Below, piece after piece: positions 12,801 through 23,803 of a stretch of 64,000 nucleotides of DNA. The stretch is taken from positions 137,139,866 through 137,203,865 of the forward strand of contig NC_068984.1 in assembly GCF_001194135.2 (NCBI RefSeq), given 5' to 3'. Position 1 is the stretch's first letter. Every line of letters starts with the position of its first letter. Source of the stretch: Octopus bimaculoides. Its lineage: Eukaryota. The notes under the pieces are model-generated. The model saw nothing but the letters and a program-made list of their open reading frames with translations. It was not told the DNA's origin and ran no database searches. The position numbers and the translations under genes are program-made.

Positions 12801-15800
12801 CCAGGATAAAACCCCTGTGTCTGTTTTTCCTGTGATTTTATTACCATGACTTTTTTACCTGGATTCCTTTAAACACAAAGTTTTTTGAGGGCTACTTGTA
12901 TACTGACAGAATTGAAAGCATTTTGCTTTCTCATGCTATTATTACAATAATGAATAAATGCCCATTGATTCAACATGAAATATTATAGTTGCAAAAACAG
13001 TAGTAGCTTTCTTTTTTACTTTACATTACAATCTTTAATTTTTGATATTTTAAAAATGTTCGTTTAAATAAACCCATTTCAGGAAAGTATCAAGTGGGTC
13101 ACAAGATAAAAGTCTGAGGGCTTCCGGTTGGCCAGCTCTGTCTGACAATTTGACAGGAACTGATAAGCCAGGGGATGCAAAATTTAATGCATTATGGGAA
13201 AAGAAGGGAACTTACTTAGAAGAATTATTTCAGTCATTTACTAAGAATTTGATCAAAAGTACTTTTTTCACTGCCAGAATTGTTAGCACATCAGATACAA
13301 GAGATAAAATGCCCTATAGCATCTCTTCCAGTTTTATGTCCTGTGTTCAAATCCTGCTTAGGTCAACTTTGCCTTTTATCCTTTCAGAGTTGATAAAATA
13401 CATACCAGTTGGAGTGGTTGGCATTAGAAAAGGCATCCAGCTGTTGAAACTCTGCCAAATCAGATTGGAGCCTGGTGTAGCCACCTGGTTTCACCAGTCC
13501 TCAGTCAAATCGTCCAACCCATGCTAGCATGGAAAGCGGACGTTAAATGATGATGATACTTCAACAAGGCAGCTTGTTAGCATGCTGGACAAGATGCTTG
13601 GCAGCATTTCATCAGTCTTTACTTTCCAAGTTCAAATTCCACTAACACTGACTTTGCCTTTCATTATTTCGGGATCAATAAAATAAGTACCAGTTGAGTA
13701 CTGGGGTCAATGTAATTGACTTATCCCCTCCCTTGGAATTGCTGGTCTTGTGCCAAAATTTGAAACCAATACATACCTCAACCATTGCAGCGCCATCTGC
13801 AAATCTGGCAAATTTACCCGTAGTTATTTTTAATTTCCTAAAACGAATTAGAAAATAAATCTAAGTAACAAAAAACGATATTCTTTTGCAATTTTATTAT
13901 TTTCTTCCAATAAATTTCATTTACATATTTACAAAAAATAGATGACAAGAGAAAACTACACACTAGTTTGCAATCAATGAACTGAAATATTTGGGATACT
14001 ACTTATGAATTTAATTATACTACACAAATAAAATCATTTGAGTAACATGGTATCATAGGCAAGAATATGGGAGGAAGGCAAATTAACAAATTCTCATATC
14101 ATACAGGTAATTATATACTTATTTAACATACACATGTATATATATCAAGAGTTAGTTGCCCACAAGTCAGGAGGGAAAAAAAGGGGGCACTTTAAAAGAG
14201 AAACTGAGAGGTTATACTTTTATATTGCTGAGCAGTACATTACAAGCTATGGCATATAACTGGTTAGAATGTTATCAGCACAAAACTGTTTGTAACATTC
14301 TGACCATTTAAATACCATAACCAGAAATATACTGTTCAACTACCTACCTATCTATATATATATATATATATATATATTTTCATTTTTAACAATGATACCT
14401 TTTCACTAACCTATCAGGCTGTTTACTCTGAGACGAAAATGTGCTGCTCTGGGTAGAGCACGTAAGTCTCTGAACAAAAATATTTAAAAATCTTTTTTTG
14501 TCTGCACTACACTGATTGCTATTATATCTAATTAAATGAAGTTCCAAAGGGATGTAATCAAGAAATGGGAAAAGTTTTGATTAAAAATACAATGATGATG
14601 TTAAAGAATTCGATTTTAACGGTCGAACTCGAAGTAGATAATGCTATAAATAATAGCGTGTAAATATTGCATTAAAAACCCTCTCACACACAATCAGGAT
14701 CAGCCTTGGTTGAGCAGGTCTACGTATGATAAAAAGCATTCCATCCAAAACCGTCCAGTCTTTTGCCATTGTAGAGGAAAGCCATAAGCACATTATCCAA
14801 CATGTGTTTTGAAAACAGTGGGATGTTGTCTGAGGGAGAGTCGATTGTCAATTCTTGCAGGTCGAACAACTATGTAGAGGTTCTCTCATTGTGAAGCACT
14901 TCTAATTATATGTCCAATATATGTTAGACTTACAATCTTTGAAATATATTACACACGCAAATATATGAGGTGTGGGGGAGGGTCTATAGCATGTAAAATG
15001 TGTACTATAGGCAGTAATAGTCTGAGCTGTCTTTTGAGGTTCTAGTTGCGAAAACTCCAGAGGATCAATGTTGGTGATTTGCATCAAAGAGGACCCATTT
15101 GAATGAAGCTCTCTAGAGAAAATAAGTTTACTCTGAGACGAAAATGTGCTGCTCTGGGTAGAGCACGTAAGTCTCTGAACAAAAATATTTAAAAATCTTT
15201 TTTTGTCTGCACTACACTGATTGCTATTATATCTAATTAAATGAAGTTCCAAAGGGATGTAATCAAGAAATGGGAAAAGTTTTGATTAAAAATACAATGA
15301 NNNNNNNNNNNNNNCGGTCGAACTCGAAGTAGATAATGCTATAAATAATAGCGTGTAAATATTGCATTAAAAACCCTTTTTGATAAAAAAAAAAAAAAAG
15401 TCGTCAAAGGCTACCAGTCAGATTCGAACCCTGAAAACATGACAGATGATCGTAAAGTACAACAATGTTACTTTAAATGCAAGTAATCGTTTTTCGTTTA
15501 AAGGTACTATGACAACTACCTGTCACAATGTCACACAAGGTAACATCGTAACAGGTTCAATCTGTGCAACAATATTTTTAGGTTTATATTAACCATTTCC
15601 ACACACACACACATTTTTGTACCCTACTTTCATTCCGTAAAATTATCCTTTCCCAAGAGGTATGAGGCACTAATCTGTAATTCCGCCAACGAATCTTTTA
15701 AAAGTTCTAAAACATAAAGAACTATTCCAATTTAAAGAATAAAAACTTAACTAAAAGCCAAGTTTGAAAAAAAAAAAAAGCCCCTTTAAATGATATTCAA

Positions 15801-16311
15801 TTAACATATTTCTCAGCACAACATTTAATCGAAAAATTTAAAACAATATATTTTATTTTCGTAAAGGAAAAAAAAAAAGCCGGTAGCAATGTCATTGAAC
15901 ATAGCAATGACAACACGATTCTCTTTCTATGAGGTACGGACTGATGTTGTGACACGCATGCCGCTCCAAGAAATAAATATAAACAGGCAATCGAAATGGT
16001 ATCGAAGATTCATTTGGTTAAGGGTTTGATGCAACCAGAGAGAAATTATTATCATTATTATTATTATAGACATAAATTGTGGAGAAAGAGAAAAGGAAGG
16101 AAGGACAGACAATATAAACACACCTCATCCCGATGTCCACATCTATTTCTCCATGTTTACTACGTTTTTGCCAAGCAGTCGTCGAACTATTCGAAGACCA
16201 TCGACACTGGTTTGTAAATGATTTGATTAAGAAGCCACCGCTGACCACGTAATGTGTGTGTTTATAGAAACGAATGAAGGCAACACGTGCTTGCCCCGCG
16301 GAGACGGCCAT
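1574..16311 (-). CDS. PNPT1: Mitochondrial polyribonucleotide nucleotidyltransferase 1 (PNPase), first 5 coding exons; gene continues beyond the left edge
   Basis: Hand-spliced minus-strand GT-AG exons with consistent phases: 16311-16124 ([17 protein letters not shown]...EIDVDIGMR), 13837-13777 ([20 protein letters not shown]), 9393-9319 ([25 protein letters not shown]), 7674-7569 ([35 protein letters not shown]), 1623-1574 ([17 protein letters not shown]). The first ~55 residues lack D/E and are rich in R/S/A, typical of a mitochondrial presequence. Peptides match recalled human PNPT1 (GKLARFADGSAVVQ; [21 protein letters not shown]; DRSIRPLFP). Exon sizes 61/75/106/50 nt match the recalled human structure. 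Confidence 0.96.
3500..3845. repeat. Compound (GGTA)/(GATA)/(GACA) tetranucleotide microsatellite
   Basis: Directly visible; it produces the low-complexity LSIYLSVC pseudo-ORFs. Confidence 0.95.
4684..5165 (+). mobile_element. tRNA-headed SINE with hammerhead-bearing tail, copy 1 (interrupted by another SINE)
   Basis: Head 4684-4755 with A box TGGCGTAGTGG and B box GAGTTCGATTCC. (AAT)n linker is split by an inverted ~220-bp SINE (4779-5001). Tail 5021-5165 is nearly identical to 56365-56510 and to the reverse complement of 55985-56130. Confidence 0.8.
5070..5115 (+). ncRNA. Minimal hammerhead ribozyme motif, Penelope type (copy 1; cleavage-site U changed to C)
   Basis: GATAC-CTGAAGA-A-GGCTG(gagggtatat)CAGTC-GAAA-CGCT-GTGTT. 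Stem I GAUAC/GUGUU and stem II GGCUG/CAGUC both pair with G-U wobbles; core boxes are intact; CGCT replaces consensus CGTT. Confidence 0.65.
7753..8150 (-). mobile_element. SINE-like family B: (GAT)n tail, GGAAGGGCATCC box and internal ~65-bp tandem units
   Basis: More than 20 copies in both orientations, e.g. 1326-1482, 1653-1803, 8510-8808, 13420-13558, 22195-22500, 24484-24912, 28000-28383, 32650-32890, 43452-43747, 50220-50472, 52845-53070, 57025-57305, 61712-61940 and 62620-62772. All end in CCCATGCTAGCATGGAAAGCGGACGTTAAA(C/T)GATGATG. Confidence 0.8.
10367..10588. mobile_element. piggyBac-type MITE family 1 (full-length copy)
   Basis: TTAA flanks at 10363-10366 and 10589-10592; perfect 11-bp TIR CCCTTTTGTTA/TAACAAAAGGG. 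Related copies at 21308-21483 (-, partial), 31393-31445 (partial), 42112-42250 and 54800-55191. Confidence 0.85.
10991..11708. repeat. Nested local duplications (39-bp and ~117-bp tandem units; ~170-bp block repeated ~500 bp apart)
   Basis: AATGGCATGTAGGGACACC...AAGCAACCG at 11004 and 11043; GAAATGACAGCC at 11485 and 11602; 11043-11210 approximately equals 11541-11708. Confidence 0.85.
14421..15377. repeat. Near-identical ~255-bp direct duplication (14421-14682 and 15126-15377)
   Basis: The copies match base for base where readable; the second contains a 14-N gap where the first has 24 nt. Confidence 0.85.
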
Positions 16312-16426
16312 CGCGCTCTGAAAACTAGTCTGCAAAGTCTCGTTGGAGTCTCATTACACTGACGAGACTTCAACGTGACTTGAATGTGGCGGGATTCTTG
16401 AAGATCAATATTTAATGTCAGTCGAT
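16312..16426. promoter_or_regulatory. Compact bidirectional promoter / 5' UTR region shared by PNPT1 (-) and KNTC1 (+)
   Basis: Locally CpG-rich segment between the PNPT1 ATG (16311, minus) and a plus-strand GTGAGT donor at 16427 that plausibly ends a KNTC1 5' UTR exon. Transcription start sites are not visible from sequence. Confidence 0.65.
16387..16402 (+). promoter_or_regulatory. CDE/CHR element (TGGCGG-GATT-CTTGAA)
   Basis: CDE-like TGGCGG (16387-16392), exactly 4-nt spacer, and CHR variant CTTGAA (16397-16402), oriented toward KNTC1. This is the arrangement of DREAM/MMB-regulated G2/M promoters known from mammals. Confidence 0.55.
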
Positions 16427-16791
16427 GTGAGTTCAATGTTTTTTCATGTTTTATATTGTTTTATTAAAGCTTATTACAAAGTTATGTACTATATTAATGT
16501 TTATAGCAAATATTTATTTAATTTTTCACACTTTTGGCTTCAAAACGAATGACTATTCATTCATGTTTTCACTATGTACAACCGTATATTTTCACTCACA
16601 ACAAGTTGGCAAAAGGACCTACAAGATAATTCGTGATTAATTCTAAACAATGGGAATAAATAAATAATCACTATATTTACAATGGTATTTTCTTTAAACA
16701 ATCAGTTTCTGGTATTTTCTTCCTTCAAAAATGGATTTTTTTCATTGTAATAGTGCATATATGATTCTGTAAGACTAATCAATTGTATATA

Positions 16792-17002
16792 CAGGGTGTC
16801 CACAAAGTCTGGGTACATGGGGATTAACACATACTTTAAGAAATTATTATTTCTTATATTTAATTGTTTATGTTATGATTTTATTTACTCCATGTACCCA
16901 CATGGGGATTAACACATACTTTAAGAAATTATTATTTCTTATATATGTTGTTTATGTTATGAGTTTATTTACCCCATGTATCCAGACTTTGTGGGAACCC
17001 TG
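16792..17002. mobile_element. Tc1/mariner-type MITE with internal 85-bp tandem duplication
   Basis: TA flanks; 31-bp TIRs CAGGGTGTCCACAAAGTCTGGGTACATGGGG versus (reverse complement) CAGGGTTCCCACAAAGTCTGGATACATGGGG, 3 mismatches. Confidence 0.85.
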
Positions 17003-17035
17003 TATATTTTTTTTAATCAATAAATCATTGAGTAT

Positions 17036-17250
17036 ACAGGGTGGCCGAAAAGTAGGTTTACAGTTATTCAACTATCTCTCGTATTCATATATTAACAGTT
17101 TAGATCTTAATTATAAAAAAAATATGGAACCATTTGACAGTAAGAGACTAGCTTAACCAGTCCTTTCCACAGCGTTGGTTTGGAAGACTGGACAGCATGG
17201 AATGGCCACCAGGTTCACCTGACCTGACACCAAAGATTTTTTTTTTATAA
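17036..17250 (+). mobile_element. Degraded Tc1/mariner transposon relic
   Basis: TA-CAGGTGGCCGAAAAGTAGGTTTACAGTT terminus. Bases ~17164-17240 translate FPQRWFGRLDSMEWPPGSPDLTP, matching the WPPxSPDLxP transposase motif. Confidence 0.75.
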
Positions 17251-17429
17251 TCGACTTCACTCCATTGTTTTGAAGTGTGTGGTGCAAAAATTTGAAAAAT
17301 CCCAGCCAAAAAGGAAATAATCCCAAATTAAGTGAGACAGCTATTCCCTATGAATTTCTCCCTTTAATTTTATTATAACTATATATAGGATTATAATTAT
17401 TATTGCTATTCTAAATGTTCGGTTTTGGA

Positions 17430-17765
17430 CAATAGGTCATCTCCGTTGGGTAACAAACCTTGGGTAAGTGTCTTCTACTATAGCCTCGAGCCGACCAAAG
17501 CCTTGTGAGTGGATTTGGTAGACGAAAACTGAAAGAAGACCGTCGTATATATGTATATATATATGTGTGTCTGTGTTTGTCCCCCAACATCGCTTGACAA
17601 CCGATGGTGGTGTGTTTACGTCCCCGTAACCTAGCGGTTCGGCAGAAGAGACCGCTAGAATAAGTACTAGGCATCCAAAGAATAAGTCCTGGGGTCGATT
17701 TTCTCGACTAAAGGCGTTGCTCCAGCATGGCCGCAGTCAAATGACTGAAACAAGTAAAAGAGTAA
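17430..17765 (+). mobile_element. SINE family C with CORE-like box and internal (TA/TG)n (representative copy)
   Basis: CCTTGGG(C/T)AAGTGTCTTCTACTATAGCC...GTGAGTGGATTTGGTAGAC...GGTGCTCCAGCATGGCCGCAGTCAAATGACTGAAACAAGTAAAAG recurs at ~4470-4650, 20090-20170, 27360-27500, 38585-39245, 46610-47030, 57915-58360 and 59175-59505. Confidence 0.75.
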
Positions 17766-18273
17766 TGCAGACACAAAAATAGGTTAAATGAAAATAAGCG
17801 CTTGTGCAATTATTGTTTCATTTACACATAACAAAAATGGTTGCTTGATTGAGTAACTATTAAGTGTGGCTATCGAATAAAGATGACACTTTCAAATAAA
17901 ACCTGGTTATTAAATATCAGATTCATTCACTGTCGTCCACATTAGAAACGTTTAATTTGTAATGGTGAGCGCCAAATTTTGAACTGTCAAATCTAAATAA
18001 AACATTGTGATTAAATCCCAATCGAGTTTTCATTTTTAAATGGTTTGTTTCTTTTTTTCCGATCGACAACTGTTATAAGAAATGTTTTAATCAGTTCAAA
18101 TATATATTTTTTTCTCTTATATTTTTAAACCACTTCCATCACGTTTTGTTGTTTTTTTCCACCCGCCCACCTCATCGCAGTGGGGTATCTCAAAGAAAGT
18201 GCCTACAAGTAGCACACATAATTTTTCTTGACTACAGGAAGCGTTTAATGCCCCATAATCAACTATAAACGTT

Positions 18274-18304
<31 letters not shown>

Positions 18305-21055
18305 AATAATAAATGTGTATATGCATATATACGTACAAGTATGTGCATACCTGTATATATAGGTGCATATCTGGGTACAGGACATTGCAAACAAAACGTA
18401 GACAAAAAAAATAATAATAACCAGAGTACAGAAAACACACAGGCCACATAAAGAACATTTTCCTTCATTAGCTGCCACCATTCTAACACAGGCACACACA
18501 TATTTTTTTAACTATTATGAAAAGTAAGGAGAAAGCAACAGTTGTCATCTCGTGTAAATATCGCTTTTCNNNNNNNNNNNNNNNNNNNNNNNNNNNNNNN
18601 NNNNNNNNNNNNNNNNNNNNNNNNNNNNNNNNNNNNNNNNNNNNNNNNNNNNNNNNNNNNNNNNNNNNNNNNNNNNNNNNNNNNNNNNNNNNNNNNNNNN
18701 NNNNNNNNNNNNNNNNNNNNNNNNNNNNNNNNNNNNNNNNNNNNNNNNNNNNNNNNNNNNNNNNNNNNNNNNNNNNNNNNNNNNNNNNNNNNNNNNNNNN
18801 NNNNNNNNNNNNNNNNNNNNNNNNNNNNNNNNNNNNNNNNNNNNNNNNNNNNNNNNNNNNNNNNNNNNNNNNNNNNNNNNNNNNNNNNNNNNNNNNNNNN
18901 NNNNNNNNNNNNNNNNNNNNNNNNNNNNNNNNNNNNNNNNNNNNNNNNNNNNNNNNNNNNNNNNNNNNNNNNNNNNNNNNNNNNNNNNNNNNNNNNNNNN
19001 NNNNNNNNNNNNNNNNNNNNNNNNNNNNNNNNNNNNNNNNNNNNNNNNNNNNNNNNNNNNNNNNNNNNNNNNNNNNNNNNNNNNNNNNNNNNNNNNNNNN
19101 NNNNNNNNNNNNNNNNNNNNNNNNNNNNNNNNNNNNNNNNNNNNNNNNNNNNNNNNNNNNNNNNNNNNNNNNNNNNNNNNNNNNNNNNNNNNNNNNNNNN
19201 NNNNNNNNNNNNNNNNNNNNNNNNNNNNNNNNNNNNAAATATTCGAAAAAATAAAGAAGTAATGAGAGGTTATATGGCATGCTCAAAGCAGAATTCCGTT
19301 TTGTATACTGTGAGACTAAGGGAAACCTTTATGTGGTTACTTGGCTTACTAGAAATAGCAGCCAAATTTCCAAACCTCTTCTGATTGTTTTTAAAAAAAA
19401 GAGCATAGCTAAAGATATGTGCCCCGCCACTGACTTTATTTCCTCATAGCTTTCTGAAAACTAGATAATTTTTAATGATTTTTTTTTTTTTTTTTTAAAT
19501 ACGTGTCGAAATTTCATGTTAGAAAAAAAAAGCAATTCGGGATGGTGTTGGATAATTTCTACATCTCGGCTTTGTTTCCTCATACGTTTTGATGAGGTGT
19601 GTGAATTCTCCGATCCTACCCCCTACTATTTTTTTTTTCCTCACATCAAATTCCAATATAACTGTAATCTTTACCACCTGAAACGTGTTTCAGACATTAG
19701 ACTGCAGACATGCTGAAGCACCACCTAGAGAAATTTGAACCAAACGAATCTGTTTGGTACTTATTCTATCAGTCTCTTTTGCCCAACCACTAATTTACTG
19801 TGACACATCACCAGTTGTCAAGTAGTGATGGGAGTCAGAGGGACACACGTGCGACAGTCATCTTTCAGTTTCTTATTTCTTTACTGCCCACAAGGGACTA
19901 AACATAGAGGAAACAAAAAAAGGGGTTGAGTCGATTACATCTACCCCAGTGCATAACTGGTACTTAATTTATCAACCCCGAAAGGATGAAAGTCGGAATT
20001 TGAACTCAGAACGTCAAGACGGACGAAATAGCGCTAAGCATTCCGCCCGGCGTGCTAACGTTTCTGCCAGCTCGCCACCTTTCAGTTTCTGCCTGCCAAA
20101 TCCATTCACAAGGTTTTGGTCAGGCTGAGGCCATAGTAGAAGACACTTGTCCAAGGTGCCACACAGCTAGAGTTGGAAATTTCATTAAAGAAATATCCAT
20201 TTTTCTGAAAGCTGTGACGAAACAATGTCCAGGAATGGAGTTCACACGTATAGTCATTTTGAGATTTTACATGTATGATCTGAGAATCTTCAATTCATTG
20301 CACTGCCTTGCTCATCAGAGAAAAGCTATGACCCAAACCCAATATGTGTGTGTTAAATATAATAGAAAATATTGATTTGAAGGTTCAAACAAACTCGCAT
20401 GGAGCAATCTAGCTGGATTATCTTGCAGTCAGGACACATTAATTAAATTTAGGATGTAATTTAACATGACTACAGACCTGAAAATCCAAGAAACACTTCC
20501 TTATTTGGAAGAGAAGGGGGGGGGGTGAAGATGTGCCAGGGCATACCCTGTAATTAAAATTCAGGAGAAGTGAGAAGCAAATAAGATATAACTGTGGTTA
20601 CAGCTGTTTCATAATTCACTTTCAGTTACATCATTAACTCTTGATTTGAAGGTGCATACACATTATATACATATATAACAGTCGTATAGTTACATAATGA
20701 TCCACCAAAGAGAAGTATTCTTCTGACCAGTTTCTGGACATCTCCAGTTTGTTTCTAATGTGCCAGATAAAATCAGCTCATTTTATATTTGCTTGGCAAA
20801 CTGGGGGTAAAAATATAAAAAGGAAACCATCTTTGCATGTTTATTTATTGTTTGGGTTTGCAAACAAGACAAGTTCTTAAGTTGGTTTATTTACTCCATC
20901 AAAAACTGATGATTTATTGAATGCATTCTTACAGTAAAGTTGGAATTATTATGGATTTACTGCAGATACACATTCCTTCAGACACCTGAAAGAATGCGTA
21001 GAGGCAGGAATATCAGAAAAGTGACTCACTGATTTTTATCTGCTTTCCCAGGAAA

Positions 21056-23768
21056 ATGTCGTGTTGGGATGAGTTACACTCTGCATTTGGTGCAGATGAA
21101 ACTATAAACTTTGGACCCCGTTATGAAACTGGTACTGCTCTCTACCAAGTTAATACATTTGCTACACTATCATCCAGCAGTAATGAGGTAAGATTTTTAT
21201 TTTTTATTTTTTCTCTTTATTAGTTTCCTGCCCTTTTATGTATAATGTATTTAGTTTTTCTGCTGAGGTTGACTTTGCCTTGCATCGGGCATGTTCTGTG
21301 TTTCTTTCAATTACTTTAAATATAACAAAGAATTTAGTAAAATAACTTAGTTATCATTCAGCTAGTGTTAAGAACATAAATTGTGACTAAGGTTTGGTGG
21401 AAGATATTAATTCAAAACTTATGACAACAAGACATTTGTACTCAGAACCAGAGCCGGTTTCAGCCAGATTGGTAACGAAAGGGTTAAATAAATAATTGAA
21501 ATTTTCCCTCTGTTTTTTCCCCAATCCTAAAATAACCTTTACCTAAGTTCAATAAGATGTACTGTGCTGAATTGTTGCGTCACGGGTCTGCCCAACGCTA
21601 TAGTAATAGACACTTGCCCAGACTTCTTTCCACACAGCCACATCTGAGCCTATAAGCGTTTTCTAATTTCTTTTCCTTCTTCAGGATAATGAATCATATC
21701 CTAACGTGGTGTCTGAAGAGTTGGGTGACTTATTTTGTGTTGCTGTCGACAACAATTTGTCTCTCTTTGTGGACTGCCAGTTTATGATGTCTCTAAAGTT
21801 TGGTAAGTTTCTTTGAGCTTTTTATTACTGTCTGTCTGTATCTGTGAAAATGGTGTTATTATTATAAAACCATGAAGGCACATGGCTTAGTTGTTAGAGG
21901 TGTTGTCCCCTACCTCAAAATATCAGTCCTTTTGCCTATAATAGAAAGGATGGTTATTATTATTATTAAGGTGGCAAGCACACTGGACGAAACGCCTAGT
22001 GGTATTTCACCTGTTTCTACATTCAGAGTTCAAATTCCCACCAAGGTCAACTTCGTCTTTCATCCTTTCTGGGTTGATATGATTGACTAGTCCCCACCCT
22101 ACCCAAATTTCAGGCCTTGTGCCTTCAGTAGAAAGGATTTTTCTTCTTTTTCTTCTTATTATTAAGGTAGTGAGCTGGCAGAATCATTAGCAATCGTCCG
22201 CTTTCCATGCTGGCATGGAAAGGACGGTTTGACTGAGGGCTGGCAAGCCAGAAGGTTGCACCAGGCTCCAATCTGATCTGGCAATGTTTCTACAGCTGGA
22301 TGCCCTTCCTAATTCCAACCACTCCTAGAGTGTAGTGGGTGCTTTTTACGTGCCACTGGCACAAGAGCCAGTCAAGCGGTACTGGCATCAACCACACTTG
22401 AATGGTGCTTTTTACGTACCAGCAGCACAAGACCAGTCAGCCGGCACTGGCATCAATCACACTCAAATGGTGTTTTTTACATGCCACCAGCACTGGCAAT
22501 GCTAAAATTTGAAACCAATGTTCTGTTATTGATTCCTGATAAACAAGATATCTATTGATAGTCTATTAAATAACCTTAAGAAGTATCACACAGTTATGAA
22601 GCAAACTTCTTAATCATACAAACATACTGATTATATATTTTAAACTATTTTATTTATTTATTTTTCTCTTTCCAGACTTCTTCGTTGATGCTTTGAGATA
22701 TTGTCCAGATGGTTCTTTTCTCATTGTTGGTGACAAAAAAGGTATTATCTACATTGTCGACACAGACACCTCAGAGATCATCTTTACATTCGTAAGCATT
22801 CAGTTTCCAGTTGTATCTATAATTTTAAATGGCCATACCTCAAATTGACCCTAATGCAGAGAAAAAATTCTTGCACAGTATTACAGAAGTTAGCTGTTGT
22901 TTTCTTCTTCTTCTCCTCATTAGAAGGAAAGGACAGGCTCTCCCAGACTGGTAGGAAAGAACAAACTTTTCCACAGACCAGGGGAAACTAGAAATCAAAC
23001 AGTTGCTAAAAGTACACATGGCTCAAGTAGTGGGGCTGAAGGAGGTGACAGATAAAGTCTACCATCCCAGAACAGAAACAACCCAAATACCAGGCTTCCA
23101 CACGGTTTCCCATTACCTAAATTCCATTCAGAAAACTTTAGCTGACTCAAAGCTATAGTAGCTCTAAGTCCCATGCAGTAAACCAGAAACATGCCATTAC
23201 TAAATAAACTTTTTATCTCTGCTGCTGCCCTGGGCAGACCTAGTCAAACTGATCTAAGATCAAAAGCAGTCCAACCATGACTGTCTCATCTATTTTTAGG
23301 TGTCTAGGATGATATTATTCAATGCATTTCTGTCTTTTTAAGTTGTTGGCTATAATTTGAGGCGAGGTCTTGTCGTTATTTCTACCTGGTTGAAAGGTTG
23401 GTGGACACCATCATAAGATCCTTCATATTCTTAACCAACCATCTTATGGTAGACGTTCATGCCTACCACTCAAGAAATACCAGTACAGAGTTCCAGACAA
23501 GAAATGGAGTTGATTTAATCTACTATCTCCTACCACCAAAATTTCAGGCCTTATATCTATATTGGAAACAATAATTTTGTCAGTGAACAGGTCGCGGTCT
23601 CAAAAGCGACGAAAATATTTTGACAAATTAAATTTAAATGTTGAAGTGAATCTAATGGATTTTGTGTGTTATTTTAAATGGCTTATAAACACCTTCCACG
23701 CTGCAATTGTTTTCGTTCCAGCACACGATCTCAGATCAGGTCACTTGCTATGCAAGTGCATCTCCGTA

Positions 23769-23803
<35 letters not shown>

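Noticed and set aside
15405-15440. GGTTCGAATC T-loop-like motif on the minus strand
   Set aside because: No A box or cloverleaf upstream; too short to call.
18483-19384. Long ORFs in the supplied track spanning N runs (also 35743-36523, 38562-39168, 43525-44949, 59311-60359 and 61878-62537)
   Set aside because: They are artifacts of translating gaps as X; only the RTE fragment at 44564-44800 has coding character.
20906-20989. Possible box C/D snoRNA ~62 nt upstream of the acceptor at 21051
   Set aside because: The C box is CTGATGA rather than RTGATGA, there is no terminal stem, and I recognise no rRNA or snRNA complementarity.
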